The notes under the pieces: model-generated
Database searches by the model: none
The model's input: only the letters and a program-made list of their open reading frames with translations
Told to the model about the DNA's origin: nothing
Program-made: the position numbers and the translations under genes
IMG/VR virus record: IMGVR_UViG_3300028535_000001
Strand: one strand, 5' to 3'
From: a virus
DNA: 64,000 bases
Part shown: positions 9,378-18,126 of the stretch, piece by piece
Layout: each line of letters opens with the position of its first letter
Numbering within the stretch: the stretch's first letter is position 1

Positions 9378-9385
9378 TATTTATA
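9378..9385 (-). promoter_or_regulatory. T4-type late promoter
   Basis: TATAAATA, 5 nt before the rSAM ATG. Confidence 0.8.
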
Positions 9386-9390
9386 CGTGT

Positions 9391-9477
9391 TTAAAAAGCT
9401 AGGTTTCCGTGTATATAACCTAGACCAAGCGCTATTACTATCATTAATATCCAAAAATATATAAAGAGTTTAAGCAT
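9391..9477 (-). CDS. Tiny hydrophobic peptide (28 aa)
   Basis: Manual: MLKLFIYFWILMIVIALGLGYIHGNLAF; CCTAAATA-N5-ATG right after the gp23 terminator. Confidence 0.5.
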   Translation of the reverse strand: MLKLFIYFWILMIVIALGLGYIHGNLAF

Positions 9478-9492
9478 ATGATTATTTAGGCC

Positions 9493-9522
9493 AAAAAAAA
9501 AGGGGACCGAAGCCCCCTTTTT
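9493..9522 (-). terminator. Rho-independent terminator after gp23
   Basis: GGGGGC-TTCG-GTCCCC followed by T9; C(UUCG)G loop. Confidence 0.92.
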
Positions 9523-9545
9523 AATTTGTTTTCAATTAAACAATA

Positions 9546-10880
9546 TTACATTATGTTTGATACTTTAACTTTTTGGTAATATCTGTTTGAGTTAGGTGTA
9601 CCAGAATCAGTGATTCCAGTTACAGCACCCGAAGCAGCACCAGTTTCCGCAAAAGGATTAGCAACTAGACCGTATCTAGTTTTAAATCCAATTTTTGGTT
9701 GGAAAGTATCTTGACCAACAGCACGAACCATTTGTAATGGAACATACGGACAATAGAACATACCAGCGTCATAAGGTGAAGTACCTTTGTAACCGACAAC
9801 GTAATATTGACTAGCGCTTGAGTTAGCACTATATGGATCAATGTACACTTTAAATCTACCGTTTAATACACCAGCGAATGTGCTACCAGTGTCGTCAACG
9901 TTTAGATTGTTGTTTAATGCAGGCGTGTAATCTAAAACACCAGCCATTTGAAGAGCACTAGCAACATCAGCAGAGCAGATAATCATATTACCTTTTCCAC
10001 GTCTTGTTCTTTGTGCGATTCTGTTTGCGTCTCTTTCCAATTGGAACATAAGACCTTTGAATCTTTCAACTGACCATCTACCGTTTGAGTCTGTATCTAA
10101 ATCAAATACACCAGCAGTAGTTGTGTTTGTAGCAGCGCCTTTTTCTGAATTGATATAAACAGCTCTTACAACTTCTCTGTTGATTTCCGCAAGGATTTCA
10201 GCAGATAGAATGTTTGCAAGTTCTGTTTCAGCGTCTAAGCCATGGATTGCTTTTAAATCTTGAGCAAGTTCCATAGTATATTCTGCTTTAAGAGCTCTAC
10301 TTCTCGCCGTCACTGTAGTTTTCTCAATTGAGAAAGCCATTTCAGCAAATGCGTTTGCAGTAGCGTCGCCTAATGCCTCAGCCGCAGCTGTAGTCATACC
10401 TTGACCTCTAGTATACTCGCCAGCCGGTGCGTCATTAAGAACAGAAGGATTAGTTCCTCTATGCTCAGTAACACCATCGTGAGTAACTGAATCGCCAGCA
10501 GCATTTCTAGATGAGTAATCAGTGTCAGCTTCGTCAAATAGTGCTTCACCACCAGTTGCAGAAGTATATCTTGATCTCATTGCGAAAATAAGTCCTGTTG
10601 GACCAGTCATTGGTTGAACACCAGCAATATCGTATGCGATAAGGTTTGGCATTGCTCTTCGTACTAATGAAATTAAAATTGGATCCCAATTTGAAGTTCC
10701 AGCAGTATTATTCGTAGGAGCAGCTTCACTTAAAAATGCGCTGTCCTCCTTCATAGCTCTTTCTTGGTTTTCCAAGATAGTAGCCGTAACGGCACGTTTG
10801 TAAGAGTCTCCGATTTTTGGTAAATCAGGGTGCTCTAACACAGGCTGCCATTTTTTTTCGTATTGTTCTGATAAATACAT
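9546..10880 (-). CDS. gp23: Major capsid protein
   Basis: DPILISLVRRAMPNLIAYDIAGVQPMTGPTGLIFAMR, SRALKAEYTMELAQDLKAIHG, FQPKIGFKTRYG. Confidence 0.99.
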   Translation of the reverse strand: MYLSEQYEKKWQPVLEHPDLPKIGDSYKRAVTATILENQERAMKEDSAFLSEAAPTNNTAGTSNWDPILISLVRRAMPNLIAYDIAGVQPMTGPTGLIFAMRSRYTSATGGEALFDEADTDYSSRNAAGDSVTHDGVTEHRGTNPSVLNDAPAGEYTRGQGMTTAAAEALGDATANAFAEMAFSIEKTTVTARSRALKAEYTMELAQDLKAIHGLDAETELANILSAEILAEINREVVRAVYINSEKGAATNTTTAGVFDLDTDSNGRWSVERFKGLMFQLERDANRIAQRTRRGKGNMIICSADVASALQMAGVLDYTPALNNNLNVDDTGSTFAGVLNGRFKVYIDPYSANSSASQYYVVGYKGTSPYDAGMFYCPYVPLQMVRAVGQDTFQPKIGFKTRYGLVANPFAETGAASGAVTGITDSGTPNSNRYYQKVKVSNIM

Positions 10881-10903
10881 GTTATTTTATCTCCCTTTTT
10901 ATT

Positions 10904-12079
10904 TTACTTTGTTGATAATTTAATATCTTTTGTCTGACTTATAGCGGCACTATAAGCAGCCATTGCATTGCTAAGGTCTTCGTTTTGACCGTCGCCTGCC
11001 GCTACATCATCGTGTCCGTCACCAGCTGCGTCTTTAGTTTTAAAATAACTTTCTTTTATGATTGCTATCTTAGCTCTAAAATCTGCCTCTGTTGAATAAT
11101 CCACTTCTTCAGCAAGCTTGTTGAACTTTTCTTTAGCTGTGTCAGTTAAATCTTTAGATGTTTCATCTAAAATTTCAGCTGCTTTATACTTGTTAGCTGA
11201 CTTACTTAATTCAACATTCTTTTCAATTGATTCGTTAAGTTTCTTTTCTAACGTTTCAATCTTTGAAGCTTGATCTTCAAGTACATTATATTTTTCATCT
11301 GGAACATTTATGTAATGGTCTTCAAATAATTTTTTAAGACCACTGATAAAGTCCTCAGCGATTTCGCCTTTGATCCCTCTTTCTAAAGCAAGTTCATTTT
11401 CTTTCATCCACTCCTCTACCACGTATGATAGATAAGAGTCGACTTTTTCAACTAACTCAGCTTTAGTACTAGAAGTTTCGCTCTCGAATTTTTTATTATA
11501 ATCTGCTTCCATTTCTTCTGCAATTTCTTTAACTTTAGATTTAATTGCTGTTTCAAAAATCGTTGCAGCTTTTGTTTTGAACTCTTCCGATAAATCAGTA
11601 TTTCCAGCTACTAAAGCGTCAACATGTTCTTTTACGTCTATGTCTTTCTCTTTAGTTTCTTCTTTCTTCTCGTCATCTTTTTTCGCTTCAACTTCTTCAG
11701 TTTTAGCTTCCTTGTCATCTTTTTTGTCAAGGTGTTTTTTCAGACCAGCAGGAAGTTCGCCTTCTTTTACTGTAGATTTATCTTCGGTGTCCGTTGCTGT
11801 TTCTTTTTTCTCCTCTTTTTTTAATGTAGGCATACCGTCAGGTTTACCTTCATGTTTTTGAGCAGGTTGTCCAGAAACAGTTTTAACTGTTTTTGAAGCA
11901 TCCGGATTGCTGTCAGTAGGTTTAACTACAGGAGCACCTAAATCCTCGGCATCGTTTTTCAGATGAGTTGGTTCAGCTGCAACAGCATTTTTTTTCGGAA
12001 GATCAGCATTCGGGTTAGCATTCTCAGCTACCGCTTTTTGATCTTTTGTTGCCTCAATTTTTTTGTCTATTTCGGCCAT
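10904..12079 (-). CDS. gp22: Prohead core scaffold protein
   Basis: LSEEFK.KAATIFE.A, VDSYL.YVVEEWM.EN, F..GLK.LF..HYI; between gp21 and gp23. Confidence 0.93.
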   Translation of the reverse strand: MAEIDKKIEATKDQKAVAENANPNADLPKKNAVAAEPTHLKNDAEDLGAPVVKPTDSNPDASKTVKTVSGQPAQKHEGKPDGMPTLKKEEKKETATDTEDKSTVKEGELPAGLKKHLDKKDDKEAKTEEVEAKKDDEKKEETKEKDIDVKEHVDALVAGNTDLSEEFKTKAATIFETAIKSKVKEIAEEMEADYNKKFESETSSTKAELVEKVDSYLSYVVEEWMKENELALERGIKGEIAEDFISGLKKLFEDHYINVPDEKYNVLEDQASKIETLEKKLNESIEKNVELSKSANKYKAAEILDETSKDLTDTAKEKFNKLAEEVDYSTEADFRAKIAIIKESYFKTKDAAGDGHDDVAAGDGQNEDLSNAMAAYSAAISQTKDIKLSTK

Positions 12080-12144
12080 TGAGAAATCTCCTTTTTATGT
12101 TTAAACATTTATAATTTAACTAGTTATAAATTAATTCGTGGGAC

Positions 12145-12152
12145 TATTTATA
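12145..12152 (-). promoter_or_regulatory. T4-type late promoter (gp22/23)
   Basis: TATAAATA upstream of gp22, with AAGGAG SD. Confidence 0.8.
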
Positions 12153-12155
12153 AAA

Positions 12156-12800
12156 CTAGAGTTTTTTAAGAAAGCTTTTAAAGACATCCGCCTTCGCTTC
12201 CGCTAAAGCATGACTTTTTGCAGCCTCTATGTCTCGTTTCCAAGCGCTTAAGTCTTTTTCAACGAGCACACCATTGTCCCAAACCCACTCTTTACTCTCC
12301 ATTATGCCTTCTACGAAAGCGTCTGGAGCGCTAGGGTCTGCAACAATATCAGCGGCTGTAGCTAAATAAAAATCTCTACCTACATAATTTACACCACCTC
12401 TTGTTTGTAACGAACCCATACCTCGTGATGATACACCTAATTGAGCGCCTTCATCTATAAGACCTTTCACGATCTTACCGTATGGGGTATTCATTATCTT
12501 AGCTTCACCAATAAAATTAGTTCCATCTGGATGAAGTTTAGTTATCATATGACTAACTCTTTCCAAATTAACAGTTGGAGAATCAGGATGTCCTAACTCG
12601 CCAAAAGCCCTTCTTTTATTAATAAATTCTCTATTATATCTGTTTACTTCTTTTTCAAGTATGCTTTTTTCATAAACACGTCCATTTTTATTTCTAATTT
12701 CTGATTGTAAAAAGATACCTCTAATTTTGTAGTCCTTTTTTCCATTGTTATCTTCTACAATGTACTCTGCATTTTGGACTTCTTCGGATATTAATCTCAT
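12156..12800 (-). CDS. gp21: Prohead protease
   Basis: GIFLQ..N.NGRVY, GELGHP, GVSSRGMGS, DIVADPSAPDAFV. Confidence 0.97.
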   Translation of the reverse strand: MRLISEEVQNAEYIVEDNNGKKDYKIRGIFLQSEIRNKNGRVYEKSILEKEVNRYNREFINKRRAFGELGHPDSPTVNLERVSHMITKLHPDGTNFIGEAKIMNTPYGKIVKGLIDEGAQLGVSSRGMGSLQTRGGVNYVGRDFYLATAADIVADPSAPDAFVEGIMESKEWVWDNGVLVEKDLSAWKRDIEAAKSHALAEAKADVFKSFLKKL

Positions 12801-12827
12801 TTTCTCCCTCTTGTAGGTTCTAATGTA

Positions 12828-12835
12828 TATTTATA
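12828..12835 (-). promoter_or_regulatory. T4-type late promoter (gp21)
   Basis: TATAAATA. Confidence 0.75.
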
Positions 12836-12842
12836 AGAATTT

Positions 12843-13235
12843 CTATCTAAACTCAACAATAATTGTGTAATTATCGCCTATAGCAAAATCTTTTGTACTT
12901 AACAATACATCACCTGTTGGTGTGGTAGCATTGTTTATAATCTCATTTCCAGGTGTTCTTAAATCCCAATGACCATTTCCTGATAGTAAACATATAGTTG
13001 AATTGGTTACTCCGTCCCATAATAACTCAACGGCTGACTTATTATTTGACGTATTTACAGAATACCATATCTTACTTAATTTTCTCTTACCATCTTCTGT
13101 CATAAAAGTTAATGCGCTAGCGTCAACCTTTGTAACCATAGACTCACCTGTTCCATCTGAAACATTGGTTATTTTTACTACGTACTTGATACCAGATGTA
13201 TCAGCAATTGTTTGTGTTGTTACCGTATCAGCCAT
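12843..13235 (-). CDS. Conserved hypothetical virion-associated protein in the head cluster
   Basis: 130-aa beta-rich ORF, GAGGA SD, located between gp20 and gp21. Confidence 0.75.
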   Translation of the reverse strand: MADTVTTQTIADTSGIKYVVKITNVSDGTGESMVTKVDASALTFMTEDGKRKLSKIWYSVNTSNNKSAVELLWDGVTNSTICLLSGNGHWDLRTPGNEIINNATTPTGDVLLSTKDFAIGDNYTIIVEFR

Positions 13236-13238
13236 CTA

Positions 13239-13496
13239 TTATTCCTCTCCTAATTTCTCTATTATTTCTTCATCAAAATATTGTTCTATTTGTTCTTTTT
13301 CTAAACTGTTTAGAGTAGCAACATCATCTAAAGCACTTTCAAATTTTACTACTATATTATCAGCAGTAATATTTTTGTCTTTTTCTATAATTTCAAAAAT
13401 TTCTCTAACAGCAGACTGCATAACCGGAGGTAATCCTTTATATGCATTGCTATCAAATAGTTTATTATTTTCCACAATGTCACTAACTCTCAACAT
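13239..13496 (-). CDS. Small acidic protein, possibly prohead core (gp68 position)
   Basis: Real start probably ATG 13496 (MLRVSDIVENN...); the upstream QQLIL extension is an off-frame reading of the PAVDT repeat. Confidence 0.65.
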   Translation of the reverse strand: MLRVSDIVENNKLFDSNAYKGLPPVMQSAVREIFEIIEKDKNITADNIVVKFESALDDVATLNSLEKEQIEQYFDEEIIEKLGEE

Positions 13497-13500
13497 AATT

Positions 13501-13911
13501 TTATGTTTCTGTTGGTGCTTCTGCTGGAGCTTCAACTGCTGGAGTATCAACTGCTGGAGTATCAACTGCTGGAGTATCAACTGCTGGAGTTTCTGGTGCA
13601 GCTTGTACCGGTTCAGCAAATGGTTCTGCTATTTCAGGTTTAGTTTCTGCTGATAATTCTTCAGCTGATTTACCTGCTGTACCGTCAACATTTGTAATTG
13701 TTCCGTCTCTGTTGAATTGTCCTGGAGTTGCTACTTCAGGTTTTTTATCACTATGAGGTTCAACAAACATTTTACCAGCTATATCTTGTCTTCTCTGATC
13801 TAATGCGTCTCCTACTTTTCCTCTTAATGCGTCTTTGAAAGCGTCACCGGCTCCGGCATTATCGCCTGTACCTAATTTATCTATAAAGTTTTTTATTTCT
13901 TGATTTGGCAT
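13501..13911 (-). CDS. Prohead core protein (gp67-like) with a low-complexity C-terminus
   Basis: Acidic, directly downstream of the portal gene, AGGAA SD; A.DAF...L..KV..AL pattern. Confidence 0.7.
   Translation of the reverse strand: MPNQEIKNFIDKLGTGDNAGAGDAFKDALRGKVGDALDQRRQDIAGKMFVEPHSDKKPEVATPGQFNRDGTITNVDGTAGKSAEELSAETKPEIAEPFAEPVQAAPETPAVDTPAVDTPAVDTPAVEAPAEAPTET
13532..13590. repeat. 15-bp tandem repeat x4 encoding (T)PAVD/E
   Basis: tcaactgctggagta repeated. Confidence 0.95.
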
Positions 13912-13931
13912 GTTTCATTCCTTTCCATTTA

Positions 13932-15449
13932 TTAATAAGTATTTTCACTATCAACAACCTGATTTCCAGGTGATGATATGATTCCTTTATCAACTTCTGT
14001 TTTAATTTGTTTATCTATTTTTTCTATGTCTTGAGCTGATTGTTTTAATATATTTTTTCTAACATATTCAACTGAAAAATATTTTCCAACATAGTCTCTT
14101 ACATCATTTGCTAATGCTACTCTTTCTTTTAACATTTCAGACTGCTTTAATTCTGCAAAGTGACCGTCTTGTAAAAAGTCATAGAATATATTATCTCTAA
14201 TCATTGGCCATTCTTCTTCAGCAATGATTCCTTTTAATACTAATTGTGTTCTTAAAATATCATTAAACAGTTCAATAAATTTCTTTCTTAATCTTTGAAC
14301 AAATTTAGTAAATTTTAATTCGTCTCTTGTTATTTCTGTTGATCTTCCTAAATTAAATCCTGTTGAAGCTTCTAATCTACTTGATGGTACATTCAATGAT
14401 CTATAAAGTTTTGCTCTAAAGTATTCTATGTCTGTAATTTCTCCTAGATTTTGGCCTCCTGGTAATGTAGTAATATCTGTACCTCTACCACCTTCTCTAC
14501 TTGGTAACCAAAAGTCCTCTAACATTGACATATAGTTTCTATCGTCTCTAATTTCACCAGTAGCTGCGTCATATACAAGTTTGTTTCTATATCTTGCCAT
14601 AACGTCTCTTAAATATTGTTCAGCTTTCATTTTAGGCAAATTACCAACATCAATTTTAAATATTCTTCTTTCAGGTGCTCTTGCTATTCTGTAAATAACA
14701 GCAGCGTCTTCAATCATTCTTAATTGATTAACTGGTTTAATTGCTTTATGTAAATATGATAAAACTATATTTTTATTTTGATCTATTAATCCTGACGGAC
14801 AAAATGCGATTGTATCTATTGCTATTTTAATACCTTGTAAACTAGCACCACCTACACCTCTTTCATTATACAAAAAATACTCCATAGTTTCGTCTACTAA
14901 ATTCGTAGCCGATGGAGCAACTCCGTCTGGTCTTCTCTTTCTTACTTCTCTAATCTTTTTAATTTTTCGTGGGTCTATATATTTAAGTTCAGTAATACCC
15001 ATTTTGCCTGTTTCAGTATCTATTATTTTTTGGAAATAAATTCTACCATCAACATACCAACGTCTAAAAAGGTCGTGACCTCTAGTGTTGAATTGCATTA
15101 ATCTTAATATTTCTGAAAATTCTTCCTCTACTCGTCTCTTTACATCACGTCCATAAGGTACACCATCTGTTACTAATCTAACAGCTTGTCTATTTTCATT
15201 TGAAACTATAGCTTCATTGACAATATCCTCAATTGCCATATCACATTCTGGATGTATTGAAATTTCTCTGTATCTTCTTATGAGGTCTGCTTCAGTCTTT
15301 GCGTTACCTTCCATGTCAAGGTGAGACGCAAAATATCCTCCAGCGGCGACAACCTGTGTGCCGTCCTCTGCTTGAGGTGTACTAAAGTTTTGTTTTGGAT
15401 CGGATTTAGGTTTATCTCTGGTAATCTTAAATCCAAAAAATTCTGCCAT
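13932..15449 (-). CDS. gp20: Portal vertex protein
   Basis: FRRWYVDGR, YLHKAIKPVNQLRMIEDA.VIYR..RAPERRIF, EDFWLPSREGGRGT. Confidence 0.98.
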   Translation of the reverse strand: MAEFFGFKITRDKPKSDPKQNFSTPQAEDGTQVVAAGGYFASHLDMEGNAKTEADLIRRYREISIHPECDMAIEDIVNEAIVSNENRQAVRLVTDGVPYGRDVKRRVEEEFSEILRLMQFNTRGHDLFRRWYVDGRIYFQKIIDTETGKMGITELKYIDPRKIKKIREVRKRRPDGVAPSATNLVDETMEYFLYNERGVGGASLQGIKIAIDTIAFCPSGLIDQNKNIVLSYLHKAIKPVNQLRMIEDAAVIYRIARAPERRIFKIDVGNLPKMKAEQYLRDVMARYRNKLVYDAATGEIRDDRNYMSMLEDFWLPSREGGRGTDITTLPGGQNLGEITDIEYFRAKLYRSLNVPSSRLEASTGFNLGRSTEITRDELKFTKFVQRLRKKFIELFNDILRTQLVLKGIIAEEEWPMIRDNIFYDFLQDGHFAELKQSEMLKERVALANDVRDYVGKYFSVEYVRKNILKQSAQDIEKIDKQIKTEVDKGIISSPGNQVVDSENTY

Positions 15450-15494
15450 AATTTAACTCCTAGTTGTTTATACGATACTACTTATAATGGTTTT

Positions 15495-15520
15495 AAAAGG
15501 GCGATCCGAAGACCGCCCCC
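15495..15520 (-). terminator. Rho-independent terminator after gp19
   Basis: GGGCGGTC-TTCG-GATCGCCC-TTTT. Confidence 0.85.
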
Positions 15521-15530
15521 TAATTTTTTA

Positions 15531-16058
15531 TTACGTTGTAGTATTTGTTTCAAAGTATTGATATTCAAACGTAACACCAAAAGTTTCTATTTCTGTTGTT
15601 TCGCCCATACTTAAATCAATACCTGTTATCTCTGTCGGGTATAAACCTCTCAAAGTATATGATTTAACGTTATTACCGTTTCTGTCAAGATGATCTACAA
15701 ATGCGTCAACTTGGTAATCAACTGGATTAGTTAATCCCTCGTTGTCAGTCATATTATTAATACCATTCTGCCATCTTTCAAAAGCATTTCTGATTTTGAA
15801 ATTTGTATCGTTTAGTACCGTAATTGACCATGCCGGAATTGTTCTATCACCTGCTATTTTTATAGCTCTACCTCTAAAAGGAACATTGACGTTTGCAACT
15901 GTCATGCTCGGTATAGATGTAGCTGTACATAAAAACGCTAAGTCTTCTATTTCGCCACCAACTTGTGCGTAACCAGGAAAAGGCATTGTAACCTTAAACT
16001 GATTGGCTCTTGCGCCACCGCCTGCAAGTTTAGCTTTGAAGTCATTAATGTTTGCCAT
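15531..16058 (-). CDS. gp19: Tail tube protein
   Basis: GGGARANQF, VPFRGR.IKIAGDRT...W.ITV.ND, F.VTFEYQY. Confidence 0.97.
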   Translation of the reverse strand: MANINDFKAKLAGGGARANQFKVTMPFPGYAQVGGEIEDLAFLCTATSIPSMTVANVNVPFRGRAIKIAGDRTIPAWSITVLNDTNFKIRNAFERWQNGINNMTDNEGLTNPVDYQVDAFVDHLDRNGNNVKSYTLRGLYPTEITGIDLSMGETTEIETFGVTFEYQYFETNTTT

Positions 16059-16081
16059 TTTTTATTTCTCCTTCTCTACTA

Positions 16082-18007
16082 TTAACCGCCTGCGACTTCT
16101 TCAAAAGAAACGCCAGTCCGTGTTGCGATGAATTGTAATGTAATAAAGTTGATACTTCTTGCTGGTTTAATAAATATCTCAGCAATAAATTCATTTCTAT
16201 CAATTACTTCACCTGTGTTATTTGTTTCGTCACATACTACCATAAAGTCTGTGAGACCTCGTCTACCTTGTACTTCTCTTAAAAAAGGTTCTACAATGTT
16301 TCTAAAGTTAGCTCTTGTAAATTCATCATTGAACTCAAAGAGTTGATATTTAGAAGCAGTTGCTATTGCCTTCTCTAAAATAATAAACAATCTTCTAACA
16401 TTGATTCTGTCAAAAGCACTTGGAGCACTTAATCCAGTTTTGTCACCAAAAAGAACTGTGCCTTGTCCTGGGAAAGTTACCACAGGATTAACACGAGCTT
16501 TATATAACTCGTCTCTTTGTGCTTTATTTGGATTGTATGCTAGTTTAACTGCGCCTCTGATAATACCTCTGTTAAGACCTGCCGGTGACCACCAACTATC
16601 TGCGATTATATCGGTTCTAGCCGCTAGACCTGCAATATCTCCATTTAATGGTACATATCTATATACGTCATTATATCTGTCGTACATATACTTGTAACCA
16701 CTATCTAACACAACGTAAGATGAAGAACGGATACCGCTCATAAATGCTAGTACGTTTTGTGTTTGCGTGATTGAAGAAGCAACGTTAGCCACATCTGATC
16801 TCTCTGGAGATACGAATGCGATAGCGTCTTTTCTTTTCTCTGCTATAGAGATTAAGTCGTCAACTTTAGTAGCGTCACATTTACCGCCCATGATTAAACC
16901 AACGTCCACAGTTTCAGAATCTTCAAACATTTCGTATGCTGTTTTGATTTGACCTGTAGAAGCGGCTGAACCGTCAGCGCCTGCTTGTAGACTGTCAGAT
17001 TTTGGTGTATCAATAGCTGCGAAAGTAATTCCACTAGCTGCTGTTCCAAAATTTGATCCAGAAGCATGGTGATCCATCCAATAGATATAACTTGATCTAT
17101 TGAAAACTACGTTTGAGTAATAATTTGAATCTCCTTGTGGTGTTTTTGCGTCTGAAGCTTTTGATACTTTATCATAAACTTCTAACACTTCACCACGTGT
17201 TCCTGTTATGTCGCCATCTTCGTCTACCACGACCACGTGCATTTCATCGTTAGTAGCTGCTTTTGAAGTTGCAAATGGAGATGTTCCAGGAGCACTTGAC
17301 ACCATGTCATAGTATTCCCAAAGTCTCTTTACGTTTGCACCATTAGCTGGAACTATATGTAATCCACCTTGACCTGTGTCTGCTCTTGTAAATGTAATAT
17401 CGTTTGTTGCGATACTTGTTATTTTATATTTGTAACCATCATAATCTGAACCTGCAGCTGTTTTAGAAAACTCAACTATGTCTCCTACGTTAAAGCCTGT
17501 TCCAGATGTTAATGTTACTGTCGTATGACCAACAGCCATAGCTGCGTCAGCGAGTGTTGTTTTAGCGTTTTCTTGGAAACCTGTTGCGCTGTGACATACA
17601 GAAACTTTTAAGGTATTACCCCAAGCTCCTGCTGTTCTAGACGCCCATTCTCCAACTGTAGCCGCTCCACCAGAATAGTTATCCTGATAGTCTTGTGTGT
17701 TCTTTACTACAAACAAACTACCTGAAACGGTAGCGTTTGCTAAACCAGTATTTTGTGCTCGTACAACTCTTAATGCGTTAGAGTAAGATAAAAAGTTTGC
17801 AGCTGTAAAAAAAGATTCAAAATTATTTGAATCCGGTTTGCCGAAAACTGTTACTAACTCTTGCTCACTAGAGATTGATGTAACCTCATCTAAAGGACCT
17901 TTTCTGAACTCGCCAGCAAAGGCACCAATTGATGTTGATACAGCGGGAATGATTCTTGTTAAATCTTTCTCCTGAACGAGAACGCCTGGTGATACTTGAA
18001 ATGCCAT
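16082..18007 (-). CDS. gp18: Tail sheath protein
   Basis: SPGVLVQEKDLT, WWSPAG.NRG, FDRINVRRLF, FEFNDEFTR, KPARSINFI. Confidence 0.98.
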   Translation of the reverse strand: MAFQVSPGVLVQEKDLTRIIPAVSTSIGAFAGEFRKGPLDEVTSISSEQELVTVFGKPDSNNFESFFTAANFLSYSNALRVVRAQNTGLANATVSGSLFVVKNTQDYQDNYSGGAATVGEWASRTAGAWGNTLKVSVCHSATGFQENAKTTLADAAMAVGHTTVTLTSGTGFNVGDIVEFSKTAAGSDYDGYKYKITSIATNDITFTRADTGQGGLHIVPANGANVKRLWEYYDMVSSAPGTSPFATSKAATNDEMHVVVVDEDGDITGTRGEVLEVYDKVSKASDAKTPQGDSNYYSNVVFNRSSYIYWMDHHASGSNFGTAASGITFAAIDTPKSDSLQAGADGSAASTGQIKTAYEMFEDSETVDVGLIMGGKCDATKVDDLISIAEKRKDAIAFVSPERSDVANVASSITQTQNVLAFMSGIRSSSYVVLDSGYKYMYDRYNDVYRYVPLNGDIAGLAARTDIIADSWWSPAGLNRGIIRGAVKLAYNPNKAQRDELYKARVNPVVTFPGQGTVLFGDKTGLSAPSAFDRINVRRLFIILEKAIATASKYQLFEFNDEFTRANFRNIVEPFLREVQGRRGLTDFMVVCDETNNTGEVIDRNEFIAEIFIKPARSINFITLQFIATRTGVSFEEVAGG

Positions 18008-18100
18008 AGGTTATTCTCCTCTTAATTAGCTAATTATTAATTGTATATTTCACAAATCGTAAGTTTTCTTACGCCCATATTTAAACGTATCAGTTAAAGG

Positions 18101-18108
18101 TATTTATA
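18101..18108 (-). promoter_or_regulatory. T4-type late promoter (gp18/19)
   Basis: TATAAATA about 95 nt upstream of gp18; GAGGAG SD. Confidence 0.8.
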
Positions 18109-18126
18109 AATGTTGGATATTGTAGA

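Noticed and set aside
13497-13619. QQLIL-repeat N-terminal extension of ORF 13239..13619
   Set aside because: Off-frame reading of the PAVDT 15-bp repeat of the upstream gene; the likely start is 13496.
12090-18040. Short AT palindromes before the SDs of gp22 (ATGTTTAAACAT) and gp18 (AATTAGCTAATT) as operators
   Set aside because: They differ from each other and are plausible by chance in very AT-rich DNA.
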